Under the pieces are notes generated by a model. That model worked only from the letters and a program-made list of their open reading frames with translations. It was not told where the DNA came from and did no database searches. Both the position numbers and the translations under genes were made by a program. From a bacterium (GTDB lineage Bacteria > Patescibacteriota > Saccharimonadia > Saccharimonadales > Saccharimonadaceae), in contig CAVFLV010000014.1 of the NCBI GenBank assembly GCA_963623485.1, positions 6,461 to 70,460 of the forward strand: a DNA stretch of 64,000 bases. Reading direction: 5' to 3'. Numbering within the stretch: the stretch's first letter is position 1; each line of letters starts with the position of its first letter. Positions 47,616 to 55,771 of this stretch are shown piece after piece.

Positions 47616-47691
47616 GCCGCGATAGCTCAGTTGGTAGAGCGCATCCATGGTAAGGATGAGGTCACCGGTTCAAACCCGGTTCGCGGCTCCA
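47616..47691 (+). tRNA. tRNA-Thr (anticodon GGT)
   Basis: Acceptor GCCGCGA/TCGCGGC, anticodon stem-loop CATCC ATGGTAA GGATG, T arm ACCGG TTCAAAC CCGGT, encoded TCCA. Confidence 0.93.
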
Positions 47692-47708
47692 GGATACGTC
47701 CCACCTCA

Positions 47709-47739
47709 AGCTCATGAGCCAAAAGTTCATGAGCTTTTT
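47709..47739 (+). terminator. intrinsic terminator after tRNA-Thr
   Basis: agctcatga / tcatgagct stem followed by tttt. Confidence 0.75.
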
Positions 47740-47826
47740 GTCATATCATAGTTCACATAAAAATCCACCGACATCGTCGGGGGCACAGGAGTTCTTTTAA
47801 TCAATGTCAATAGTTTTTACATAATC

Positions 47827-47855
47827 TTGACTATTCAGAGAAAATGTGCTACAAT
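47827..47855 (+). promoter_or_regulatory. consensus promoter of the 61-aa/16-aa micro-operon
   Basis: TTGACT-N17-TACAAT with TGC extension. Confidence 0.65.
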
Positions 47856-47917
47856 GAAAGCATATTTCTGTGGGCAAAATAGCACGTTCCAAAAAATCTC
47901 ATATAGGAGGGGAAGAT

Positions 47918-48103
47918 ATGCAAGTAGATTTTAATGGCAACCTGATTAATTTTGAACTCAGCCGAGCTAACTTTGCCAAAAAATATGGCACAGACAGCCT
48001 CGTCTGGTTCAGCACCAGAGAGACAGACAAAGTCACCGTCGATGAGCAGGCTAGCGATTTATACGCTAAATATGCCTCGATCCATGGCTCACAAGATACT
48101 TAA
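47918..48103 (+). CDS. hypothetical 61-aa protein
   Basis: ATG 47918 preceded by TAGGAGGGG (track ORF starts at GTG 47870). Sequence MQVDFNGNLINFELSRANFAKKYG... Confidence 0.5.
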   Translation: MQVDFNGNLINFELSRANFAKKYGTDSLVWFSTRETDKVTVDEQASDLYAKYASIHGSQDT

Positions 48104-48127
48104 ATCATATGAAAGGGGGTGATGATT

Positions 48128-48178
48128 ATGGTGAGAGATGAAGCTCTAGGCAAGACAAGAGTCTTTTTTTTGCCATAG
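48128..48178 (+). CDS. possible 16-aa mini-ORF MVRDEALGKTRVFFLP
   Basis: AAAGGGGG SD 8 nt upstream. Lies between the 61-aa gene and the terminator. Not in the ORF track. Confidence 0.2.
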   Translation: MVRDEALGKTRVFFLP

Positions 48179-48182
48179 CCGA

Positions 48183-48211
48183 AACCGCCCCTGCCTGGGG
48201 CGGTTATTTTT
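48183..48211 (+). terminator. intrinsic terminator
   Basis: aaccgcccc / ggggcggtt stem followed by attttt. Confidence 0.8.
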
Positions 48212-48291
48212 ATACGGATTCGTTCCATCAAGTAAACTAGACACACCAAAGGGCATCCACCCAGGAGCGTTTTTAGCAAGGGTTAATCCTA

Positions 48292-48320
48292 TTGACTTTT
48301 TGCGCCATTTATGCTACAAT
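48292..48320 (+). promoter_or_regulatory. consensus promoter of the 251-aa orphan gene
   Basis: TTGACT-N17-TACAAT with TGC extension. Confidence 0.65.
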
Positions 48321-48400
48321 AATATCAATGAGGTTGCCACAATCTATTGTCGCCCCTCAAATATAGAGCCGGCGGGCCTAAAACGTAGGAGATATAAACC

Positions 48401-49156
48401 GTGAGTTTATACAGAAATTTTACACTAAAAGAATGGTTATCTATCAACTGCAATACGAAAGATGTCAACGAGCTCTTCAGTAAAGCCCTGAGGGACAACG
48501 ATGAACCCATGGCGGTGCTTGCGCTCGCTGAGCTCATCAAGCGTGGTGATATCGATCTTGTCACATGCGCCATTCAGGAAGCCACAGATGCTGGGTGTTT
48601 CGCGCTCGGTTCGCACTTCTCAGTCGTTTTTGCAAACGCTTTGACACAGTGTGGCAACCGCGATCCAATCCTAAGGCGTATCGGCAAAAATGTCCGCAAA
48701 AAAGGCTTTTGGCCTAAAACGGCGACGGAGTTGCTCGATGGCGCCGATTCGGCGAGTTCTGGATGCCCTGCGGCGCAAGCCAACGTACGAAACCTCGATA
48801 ATCGACTCGGTCGATTTCTGGAGAGTTTCGCACAGGCCGGATGGTTCTCTATAGAATTCGGATTCTTCGTGCCAGGCACCGAGTGGGACCAGCATTGCAA
48901 AGAGTATGTCTCTGTCAACGTTGGTGAGCATTACGGTCTTGTGGTTAAGAACGGATTCGTCCTCAATCGAGAAGAGATTCCGAACGTCTTAGGCATCCTT
49001 GACGCAGCAGGCATCACGGAGACTCTTCCGGCGTTCAAGGAGGAACATCTCGGTGGAAGCATGGGCATGTACACTCTCAATGGTGATAACTGGGTTAGCG
49101 CCGAAGAAACAGAGAAAGACGGTTTCTTCTATATGACTTGTTACTCCATTGAATAA
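48401..49156 (+). CDS. hypothetical protein (251 aa)
   Basis: GTG start preceded by TAGGAGA. Own promoter and terminator. No family recognised. Confidence 0.6.
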   Translation: MSLYRNFTLKEWLSINCNTKDVNELFSKALRDNDEPMAVLALAELIKRGDIDLVTCAIQEATDAGCFALGSHFSVVFANALTQCGNRDPILRRIGKNVRKKGFWPKTATELLDGADSASSGCPAAQANVRNLDNRLGRFLESFAQAGWFSIEFGFFVPGTEWDQHCKEYVSVNVGEHYGLVVKNGFVLNREEIPNVLGILDAAGITETLPAFKEEHLGGSMGMYTLNGDNWVSAEETEKDGFFYMTCYSIE

Positions 49157-49192
49157 TAACCATCTCTAAAGGTGTCGCACCTTGCAAAATGT

Positions 49193-49219
49193 CCCCGGCA
49201 AACCAGTCGGGGCTTTTTT
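49193..49219 (+). terminator. intrinsic terminator
   Basis: ccccg..cgggg stem followed by cttttttg. Confidence 0.7.
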
Positions 49220-49266
49220 GTGTAATAAATAGCAGACAATAAATCCGCAAAAATTCAAGCAAAATC

Positions 49267-49295
49267 TTGACAAATTAAAGCACTTGTGCTATAAT
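49267..49295 (+). promoter_or_regulatory. consensus promoter of the sigma4/alphaCTD gene
   Basis: TTGACA-N17-TATAAT with TGC extension. Confidence 0.7.
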
Positions 49296-49302
49296 GTAGT
49301 TA

Positions 49303-49319
49303 TTGAGCAATTTGCTCAA
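49303..49319. promoter_or_regulatory. 17-bp perfect palindrome (putative operator) just downstream of the -10
   Basis: TTGAGCAA-T-TTGCTCAA, starting 8 nt after TATAAT. Confidence 0.5.
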
Positions 49320-49531
49320 GCTTAGCACCAAGGAGGTGAGTACATTGAAAATTTTAAGAAAGGAGATTTTTCTATTCACGGGCTTCTGCCCATTATTCCC
49401 TATCTCGTTTTAGGTTTTACCTAAAATTTTATATATAGACACAGTGAACATAGATCATGGAGGACGAACACTTGAAAAATACGAACGACGAAAGAAATAG
49501 CATACACGACACTACTACGGAGGTAGAAATT

Positions 49532-50494
49532 ATGGTAAGAAAAGCAGAAACCCTAAAATCTCTTGACGAGCTTAATCTCTCAGCTAGAACCAAAGCTTAT
49601 TTGAACAATAACTTTGATTCTCTCGAAGAGATCATCATAGAAGGCAGAATAGATGCCTATATACATTCTCTGGACGCTCGAAAAAGTTCAATGCCTAAGT
49701 GGAAAACGGAATTAATTTCCGCGCTTACGGATGCTGGTTTTATCCGCCCTGTGAGCCATTTTCGCATGACTTTTTCCGTCAACGCGCTCTATAGTATCGT
49801 CTATTTGGAGTGGAAAGATTGTTTTTACACCAGCATTGGACAGCTTTCTAACGAGCAGTACGAAGAGTTCGAAAGCTTATCTAGCGAAGTTATAGAGGAA
49901 GTAAAGGACTCACTACGGAATAGACTGACCGAAAGAGAATATGAAATATTTTGTCTTAGGTTCGGTCTGGATCGTACCGGCACACTCAAGGACCTTGAAA
50001 CCGTGGGCAAGTATTTTGGCATTACGAGAGAGCGAGTTCGCCAACACGAGGCGAAAGCTCTGAAGAAGTTAAGACACCACATAACTACGCTTCCAGCAAT
50101 TTTCGATGCCCCAAGCAATTTGGAAGAAACCGCTGAAACTCTGCATGCTGAGCTTGAGGAACTTTACGAGAATCCGGCATTCAAGAGAGCAAACGAGATC
50201 ACGCGGGAGTTAGAACACATGAAAAAGTCGCCGTTCAAGTATGATTGCAAATGCCTCAAGACAGAAGCGTTAGACGATCCTTTTATCGACGATTTGAATC
50301 TGAGTGTTCGTGCGTTTTGCTGCTTAAAGCGCGCCGGAATCAACACCGTATCCGATATTATCGAGCTACCGAAAGATGATTGGTTTAAGATTAGAAATCT
50401 TGGCCGCAAGACCCTGAAAGAGGTGGTAGAAAAAATGCACGCTGCGGGATACAATGAGTTTTATGTCGATATTCCGCCTTTTATGCCACGTTAA
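49532..50494 (+). CDS. composite DNA-binding protein: alphaCTD-like, sigma-70 region 4, alphaCTD-like
   Basis: N-terminal LDELNLSARTKAYL. Middle LTEREYEIFCLRFGL..TLKDLETVGKYFGITRERVRQHEAKALKKLR (sigma region 4 HTH). C-terminal IDDLNLSVRAFCCLKRAGINTVSDII..IRNLGRKTLKEVVEKM (RpoA alphaCTD-like HhH). ATG 49532 follows GGAGG. The track ORF starts at 49457. Confidence 0.65.
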   Translation: MVRKAETLKSLDELNLSARTKAYLNNNFDSLEEIIIEGRIDAYIHSLDARKSSMPKWKTELISALTDAGFIRPVSHFRMTFSVNALYSIVYLEWKDCFYTSIGQLSNEQYEEFESLSSEVIEEVKDSLRNRLTEREYEIFCLRFGLDRTGTLKDLETVGKYFGITRERVRQHEAKALKKLRHHITTLPAIFDAPSNLEETAETLHAELEELYENPAFKRANEITRELEHMKKSPFKYDCKCLKTEALDDPFIDDLNLSVRAFCCLKRAGINTVSDIIELPKDDWFKIRNLGRKTLKEVVEKMHAAGYNEFYVDIPPFMPR

Positions 50495-50537
50495 TTCCTT
50501 TCTTAAAATAATCGCTCTTATTTTAAGAGCAAGAAGT

Positions 50538-50563
50538 CCTCGACAAACCAGTCGGGGCTTTTT
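50538..50563 (+). terminator. intrinsic terminator
   Basis: cctcgac / gtcgggg stem followed by cttttt. Confidence 0.7.
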
Positions 50564-50649
50564 GCTTTTTGTTGACAGCTACTAAAACAAAAAGAGCATT
50601 AAGTATTTATGACCAATAAAAAAGGCCCACTTTTCAAGCGAGCCTTAAG

Positions 50650-51396
50650 TTATTCCGCTGTGTCCCATTCACCGATTTCATCGGCGTCATCGTCGGCATA
50701 TTCGTCGGCGTCGTCCTCGAGGTCTAAATCGAAGAACTCGCTTGAGCTTTCCAAGCCTTCTGAGCCGTCAGATTCATCGAAATCTTTCGAATCGTCGAAA
50801 TCCTCAGGTTCATCCATTCCCATTGCTGGTTTTTCGCGGACCGTCACGAGCGGAACGAGCTCTGGCGTATCCATAGGAGAACACCAGCCGATCTCGCGCG
50901 ACATGTAACGAGGCTTGATAACCTTCATTTCCGGCCCCTCGATTTCCTCTTCGGGATAGACGTAATATCCATCCTCTACCCTGAGAACTTCGAGAGCCCT
51001 AAGCAAGTCAAGGACATCGCCCAGTCGTCCGCCGAATCCTCCGTTTCTGCCGAACATTGATTCATGTAGAATAAATCTTCTATTCGGGAAGCCGTCCTCT
51101 ACATCTTCTTCGATGTAGTAATCACGGCATCCTGAGACGCCATCATGGTAGCAGAGACGATAATAATGTCGCCTCTCAACAACTGACATCTTCTCGCCGG
51201 TTTCTTTCTCATATTCGATCAGGAATCGACCGAGCGCCGCGTATAACTCGTACATAGTCATATCCCGACCGCCTTTCTTTTTGACGGTAAGTCTATCGTC
51301 AAATTCGTCGTAGTCTACGACGAAGCGTGTTATTGTAGCATCACTCCAATCTGCTACGTCTCCGTCTACTACAAATAATCTTCTAAAATCTTTCAT
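50650..51396 (-). CDS. hypothetical protein with strongly acidic C-terminal tail
   Basis: ATG 51396 preceded by GGAAAGGGG (track start 51432). The last ~55 aa are about 50 % Asp/Glu (DEPEDFDDSKDFDESDGSEG..DDADEYADDDADE). Confidence 0.6.
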   Translation of the reverse strand: MKDFRRLFVVDGDVADWSDATITRFVVDYDEFDDRLTVKKKGGRDMTMYELYAALGRFLIEYEKETGEKMSVVERRHYYRLCYHDGVSGCRDYYIEEDVEDGFPNRRFILHESMFGRNGGFGGRLGDVLDLLRALEVLRVEDGYYVYPEEEIEGPEMKVIKPRYMSREIGWCSPMDTPELVPLVTVREKPAMGMDEPEDFDDSKDFDESDGSEGLESSSEFFDLDLEDDADEYADDDADEIGEWDTAE

Positions 51397-51465
51397 GGTT
51401 ACCCCTTTCCGCGCCCCCCTTGGGCACAACAAAATTAAACTACTATGTTTTTAACATCTTTTTCC

Positions 51466-51494
51466 ATTATAACACGAACAGTCCAAAAAGTCAA
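51466..51494 (-). promoter_or_regulatory. consensus promoter of the acidic-tail gene
   Basis: Minus strand TTGACT-N17-TATAAT with TGT extension. Confidence 0.65.
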
Positions 51495-51544
51495 TAGTTC
51501 CTCTGAATTTGGTTGAGCTATTTTCGCGAAAATAAATAATCCAA

Positions 51545-51572
51545 TTAAAATGCCCGAACTTTTCGTTCGGGC
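51545..51572 (-). terminator. intrinsic terminator of the 125-aa gene
   Basis: GCCCGAAC / GTTCGGGC stem followed on the minus strand by ATTTTAATT. Confidence 0.7.
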
Positions 51573-51591
51573 AAGATGAAAAATGGATTGG

Positions 51592-51969
51592 TTATTCCCC
51601 AGGGAATAACATGATTTCGCCCGTACGGCGCTTAGTGTCGTAAAACGCCCTAAACCTGTACAGGTGAAATACTTTCGACGAGCTATTGTCGAAAGCGTTT
51701 AGGTCTGCGCGGCAATAACCATGCAGGTTGAATTTATTTCCAGAGCCGTCCTCATATTCGAGGCCGGTTATCCTGACATCATCAACCGGCAGTGGTATGT
51801 ATCCGCTACACAGTCGGTCTTGCGGATATGTATATCCAGCTGCGACGTTGAAGTCGACCCGGATATCACAATTGTCACTATACGCGTATTTACACGCGTC
51901 AAACAACAAGTCCTTGCTAGGCCCAAGGACTATCCGATAAACCTTCTGCTCTCCATTTTTGGTATTCAT
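51592..51969 (-). CDS. hypothetical protein (125 aa)
   Basis: AAAGGAGG SD. Own promoter and terminator. No family recognised. Confidence 0.6.
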   Translation of the reverse strand: MNTKNGEQKVYRIVLGPSKDLLFDACKYAYSDNCDIRVDFNVAAGYTYPQDRLCSGYIPLPVDDVRITGLEYEDGSGNKFNLHGYCRADLNAFDNSSSKVFHLYRFRAFYDTKRRTGEIMLFPGE

Positions 51970-52054
51970 ACGAATACCTCCTTTCTAATGTGCTACCAGC
52001 CACATACATGGTCTGGCAAAAAGATTTTAGCCCTAAGCGCAGGCTAATACTTCC

Positions 52055-52083
52055 ATTGTATCACATTTTGTCCAAAATGTCAA
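52055..52083 (-). promoter_or_regulatory. consensus promoter of the 125-aa gene
   Basis: Minus strand TTGACA-N17-TACAAT with TGA extension. Confidence 0.65.
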
Positions 52084-52173
52084 TATATTATATGTTTCCC
52101 ATAGTGCAATCAACTATTTTAACGAATCCCTCTCCTCGACGCAATAGCTGATGATTCCAGAGGCGGATTTGAC

Positions 52174-52938
52174 CTAAATTCGCTTCCTGCCAGCATGGGA
52201 TTTGACGACTTTTGGAGTGGTGGACTTGTGCTCTGCTGGTGTTCGTGTGGCTGCCCGAGCCTTGACTTTTGCTTGCGCCCGCGCCCTCGCCTGCTCTCTA
52301 GCCCGCTGATGCTTAGCCTCGGTTTCTTTTACGATTCTCGCCTCAATTCGCGCCGCCGTCGCCGTCGCTGCCTCGGTGTCGCCCGCATTCTCGTAAATCG
52401 CCAAAATCTGGCGCAGAGTCGAGACTTTCGGGTCTAATTCGTAGGCATTTTCGAGCGCCTCGATGGCTTTTTTGTTGCTTCCGAGCTGTTCCTCGGCCTT
52501 GGCCAGGGCAATATATCGCGCCGGCACGTCGCCCTCGAGCTTAATCGCCTGCAAAAACGCCATTTCCGCCTTTTCGTACGCCCCCGTTTCGAGATAAATC
52601 AGCCCCACGTTATGAATCGACGCCGGATTATTATCGAGCGACTGCGCAATTTCAAAACATTCCACCGCCTCGTCAAACTTCTGTTCCTTGGCATACAAAA
52701 TCCCCAACCGGTTATACGCCGCTGCATTTTTTTCGTCAAACTTCAAAATCGTGAGCAATGCCTTTTCCGCCCGAAACGGCTTGCGCTCCTTCATCGAAAC
52801 CTGCGCAATTTGCCATAATTTTTTCATCTGCGCCGTGTATTTTGGCGACTTTTCCTCGACTTTTTTCTGACGCGGTTCCAGCGGAAAGAAAAACGCCAAA
52901 TAAATCACAAAAATCAGTATTATAAAGACCGCAACCAT
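52174..52938 (-). CDS. membrane-anchored TPR-repeat protein with basic C-terminal tail
   Basis: N-terminal TM and about 4 TPR-like repeats (AAYNRLGILYAKEQKFDEAVECFEIAQ..). Confidence 0.7.
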   Translation of the reverse strand: MVAVFIILIFVIYLAFFFPLEPRQKKVEEKSPKYTAQMKKLWQIAQVSMKERKPFRAEKALLTILKFDEKNAAAYNRLGILYAKEQKFDEAVECFEIAQSLDNNPASIHNVGLIYLETGAYEKAEMAFLQAIKLEGDVPARYIALAKAEEQLGSNKKAIEALENAYELDPKVSTLRQILAIYENAGDTEAATATAARIEARIVKETEAKHQRAREQARARAQAKVKARAATRTPAEHKSTTPKVVKSHAGRKRI

Positions 52939-52947
52939 ACTCTTATT

Positions 52948-53616
52948 TTAGCATAAATCCGCCACAATATGCAATTTTATATGACCATTTTGTGTGATAT
53001 TCTCGTATGCCGTCAAAAATTTCGGCAATTTCTCGATAAATATCGGCTTGCCGGTGATAAAATACGACTTATACAACATTTCAATCGCAAGCGCCAGAGT
53101 CTTTAGCGCTTCTTCCCTCTGTAATTGCGTTGTTTTTTTCTTTTTAAAACTCTCGCCAATCTCCGCAAGGTCCGCTGGTTTCGCCGCAATTAAACGCTTG
53201 GCGAGCTGTTTTTGTTGTTCGTCGGCCTGAATTTCTAGACTAAAACCAGTTTTCGGTTTCAAAAAATAAATTCGCGCCCGCGACAAAATTGTCGAGAGAA
53301 GTTGCGACGGACTAGCAGTAATCAGCACGAAATGCACTTTTTCGCCCGGTTCCTCGAGGTTTTTTAGCAGCGCGTTCGCCGCCTCTAGACCCAGTTTTTC
53401 CGCCGGCCGAAAAACGATAAACTGGTCGGTAAACTGTTTTCGACCCAAAATCCCTAGCGTTTCGCGCACCTGTTCAATCGTAATTGTGGTTTTTTCCTCT
53501 GGTTTTAGGACGATTGCCTGCGGAATTTCCACTTTTTCCTCGTCCGGCACCACAAAAATCGTCGTTCCGCTCTTTTTTGCAATTTCCGGGATTTGTTTTG
53601 TATCATCAAACCACAT
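52948..53616 (-). CDS. holB: DNA polymerase III delta-prime-like subunit (short form)
   Basis: ANALLKNLEEPGEKVHFVLIT..LLSTILSRA clamp-loader sensor region. No P-loop. Confidence 0.6.
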   Translation of the reverse strand: MWFDDTKQIPEIAKKSGTTIFVVPDEEKVEIPQAIVLKPEEKTTITIEQVRETLGILGRKQFTDQFIVFRPAEKLGLEAANALLKNLEEPGEKVHFVLITASPSQLLSTILSRARIYFLKPKTGFSLEIQADEQQKQLAKRLIAAKPADLAEIGESFKKKKTTQLQREEALKTLALAIEMLYKSYFITGKPIFIEKLPKFLTAYENITQNGHIKLHIVADLC

Positions 53617-53666
53617 TGCATACCCCTACCGCTTCCATAAACCGCACTCCGCACCCCATCAAAATC

Positions 53667-54545
53667 CTAAACCACATCGTCAAATTCCCGCGGGATTTCC
53701 GACCGAAACACGCGCCTCTCGCCCCCAGGCAGCGTAATCTCAAGTTCCTTGGCGTGCAAATACAACCGTTTCCCTGGCGCGCCCTCGTACACCGGGTCGC
53801 CCACAATCGGATGTCCCAGATATTTCATATGTACCCGCAGTTGGTGCGTTCGCCCCGACGTCGGCTTCAGCTCCACTAGCGAAAATCCCTCGTTTTCGCG
53901 CAAAACTTGGTAGAAAGTCTCGGCCTCCTTGCCGTTCGGGTCGACCCGAAACGTCGTCGGGCGATTTTTGTCGCGCATCATTGGCAAATCAATCCGCGCC
54001 GCCGGCAGTTTCAAATGCCCGCTCACCACCGCCACATAAGTTTTATGCACTTTGCGGTCTTGGAACTGTTTTTTGAGAAATTTTTGCGTTTCCTCGTTTT
54101 TCGCCAGAATCATCACCCCGCTTGTATCGCGGTCCAGCCGATGACAAATCAGCCCAAAATCCGCCAACGTCCGCTCTGGGCAATATTCGCCCTTTGCCTC
54201 GGACAACAGCCCCGCCGGTTTCTCGACTACCAGCACATTTTCGTCTTCATACAGCGTTTTTGGCACCAAATCGGCATTTTTCAGCTTTTCCGGCACATTT
54301 AATTCGATTTTTACCCCTTCCGGGAACTTTTGGTTCGGTTTTTTGACCACTTCGCCGTCCACTTTCACAAACCCATCCTCGATAAATTTCTGCAGGGTCG
54401 AACGGTTATAACTCTTAAAAATCCCCACCATCAAGTGGTCCAAACGTATTTTTTCCTCTTTTTCGGGCGCCTCCGTCAAAATCCGGTCGCCGTTCACTAC
54501 ACGCGACATCTCTGGCTTGCTAAACTTTTTTCCCGTTCGGATCAT
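53667..54545 (-). CDS. rluD: RluA-family 23S rRNA pseudouridine synthase (RluD-like)
   Basis: S4-like N-terminus, HRLDRDTSGVMILAK, GRTHQLRVH. Confidence 0.9.
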   Translation of the reverse strand: MIRTGKKFSKPEMSRVVNGDRILTEAPEKEEKIRLDHLMVGIFKSYNRSTLQKFIEDGFVKVDGEVVKKPNQKFPEGVKIELNVPEKLKNADLVPKTLYEDENVLVVEKPAGLLSEAKGEYCPERTLADFGLICHRLDRDTSGVMILAKNEETQKFLKKQFQDRKVHKTYVAVVSGHLKLPAARIDLPMMRDKNRPTTFRVDPNGKEAETFYQVLRENEGFSLVELKPTSGRTHQLRVHMKYLGHPIVGDPVYEGAPGKRLYLHAKELEITLPGGERRVFRSEIPREFDDVV

Positions 54546-55558
54546 CTCAGTCCAACCGCTTTCTGAACCTCTAATAATTTCGCTTTCGCGATATCATTAG
54601 CATATTTTTCGCCTCTAGAAAGCAAATCCAATACTTCCGCATCCGAAACTTTCGCAAGCTTCGCCTGAAAATCGGTCAGCATCGCCGATACGCTTCCCGC
54701 CACCTGCTTTTTTAACTCCCCATAGCGAGTTTCTCCCGCCCAAGCCGTGATTACTTCCTGCAAAAGCACCCCCGTGGTCAGTGACTCAATCGTCAGTAAA
54801 TTCGAAATCCCCGGCTGGCTCCACATATCAAACTTCACCTTACCGAGTGAATCCGTCGTCGCCGACATAATCTTTTTCGCGGCCTTTTCTGGCGTGTCGT
54901 CGAGCATAATTTTCGAATTCTCCGCCTTGTTGGATTTACTCATTTTCTTCTCTGGGTTTAGCAAATCCCGAATCCGCACCCCGTCATCCGTCCCCATAAA
55001 CTTCACCTGCTCGGCAGTTTTGACCGGCACGGTAAAAATTTCGCCAAATTTGTGATTAAAACGCATCGCCAGGTTGCGCGTCAGCTCAATATGTTGGAAT
55101 TGGTCCTCGCCAATCGGCACATAATCCGCCGAATACAGCAAAATATCCGCCGCCATCAAAATCGGATAGTCAAAAATCGCTACATTACACGACTCTCTAC
55201 CCTCAGATTTTTCCTTATATTGCGTCATCCGCGAAGTTTCGCCCATCGTCGCTACACAATTCAAAATCCAACACAGCTCCGAATGTGCCGGCACGTGGCT
55301 TTGACGATAAATATGCACATTTTCGTTAATTTTTAGCCCCGCCGCAAGGTAATATTTCAGCGACCTTAGGGTGTTTTCTTGTAAATTGCCATCTACCTCA
55401 GAAATAATCGAATGCAAATCCGGCACAAAAATATTCACCTGAAATTCGCCCGTCTCCGAATATTTATTCGCTAGGCGCACCATCGGCAGCAGCGCCCCGA
55501 GGTAATTCCCAAGCGTCGGCACCGAATTTACTCTAATTCCCGTCAAAATCGTTTTCAT
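54542..55558 (-). CDS. trpS: tryptophan--tRNA ligase
   Basis: Class I fold with KMSKS. N-terminal GIRVNSVPTLGNYLG sits in place of the HIGH motif. Confidence 0.88.
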   Translation of the reverse strand: MKTILTGIRVNSVPTLGNYLGALLPMVRLANKYSETGEFQVNIFVPDLHSIISEVDGNLQENTLRSLKYYLAAGLKINENVHIYRQSHVPAHSELCWILNCVATMGETSRMTQYKEKSEGRESCNVAIFDYPILMAADILLYSADYVPIGEDQFQHIELTRNLAMRFNHKFGEIFTVPVKTAEQVKFMGTDDGVRIRDLLNPEKKMSKSNKAENSKIMLDDTPEKAAKKIMSATTDSLGKVKFDMWSQPGISNLLTIESLTTGVLLQEVITAWAGETRYGELKKQVAGSVSAMLTDFQAKLAKVSDAEVLDLLSRGEKYANDIAKAKLLEVQKAVGLR

Positions 55559-55662
55559 ACTTCTATTTTAGCACATTTTGTGTTAGAATAAAATACGAGG
55601 GAAGGCTCCCTTTCTGCCCGCCCTCACCCAGTGTCATTATATTCGCACATATGACAAAGTTT

Positions 55663-55738
55663 GGGGTGTTAGCTCATCCGGTAGAGCGCAGCTATGGCAT
55701 AGCTGAGGTGGCGAGTTCGAGCCTCGCACACTCCACCA
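55663..55738 (+). tRNA. tRNA-Ala (anticodon GGC)
   Basis: Acceptor GGGGTGT/ACACTCC with G3:U70, anticodon loop ATGGCAT, encoded ACCA. Confidence 0.9.
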
Positions 55739-55771
55739 TTTTTCAAAAACCGCCTCTCGGCGAGTTTTTTT

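Noticed and set aside
50609-50908. 99-aa Ser-rich plus-strand ORF
   Set aside because: It is the mirror frame of the poly-acidic tail of the minus-strand gene (GAx codons read as xTC/Ser). It has no SD.
47020-52100. Calling the cassette region a prophage, ICE or transposon
   Set aside because: No integrase, transposase, relaxase, capsid or terminase-like ORF is present, and no terminal inverted repeats were seen. Only the tRNA 3'-end duplication hints at past integration, so I describe it as an accessory island, not as an active mobile element.
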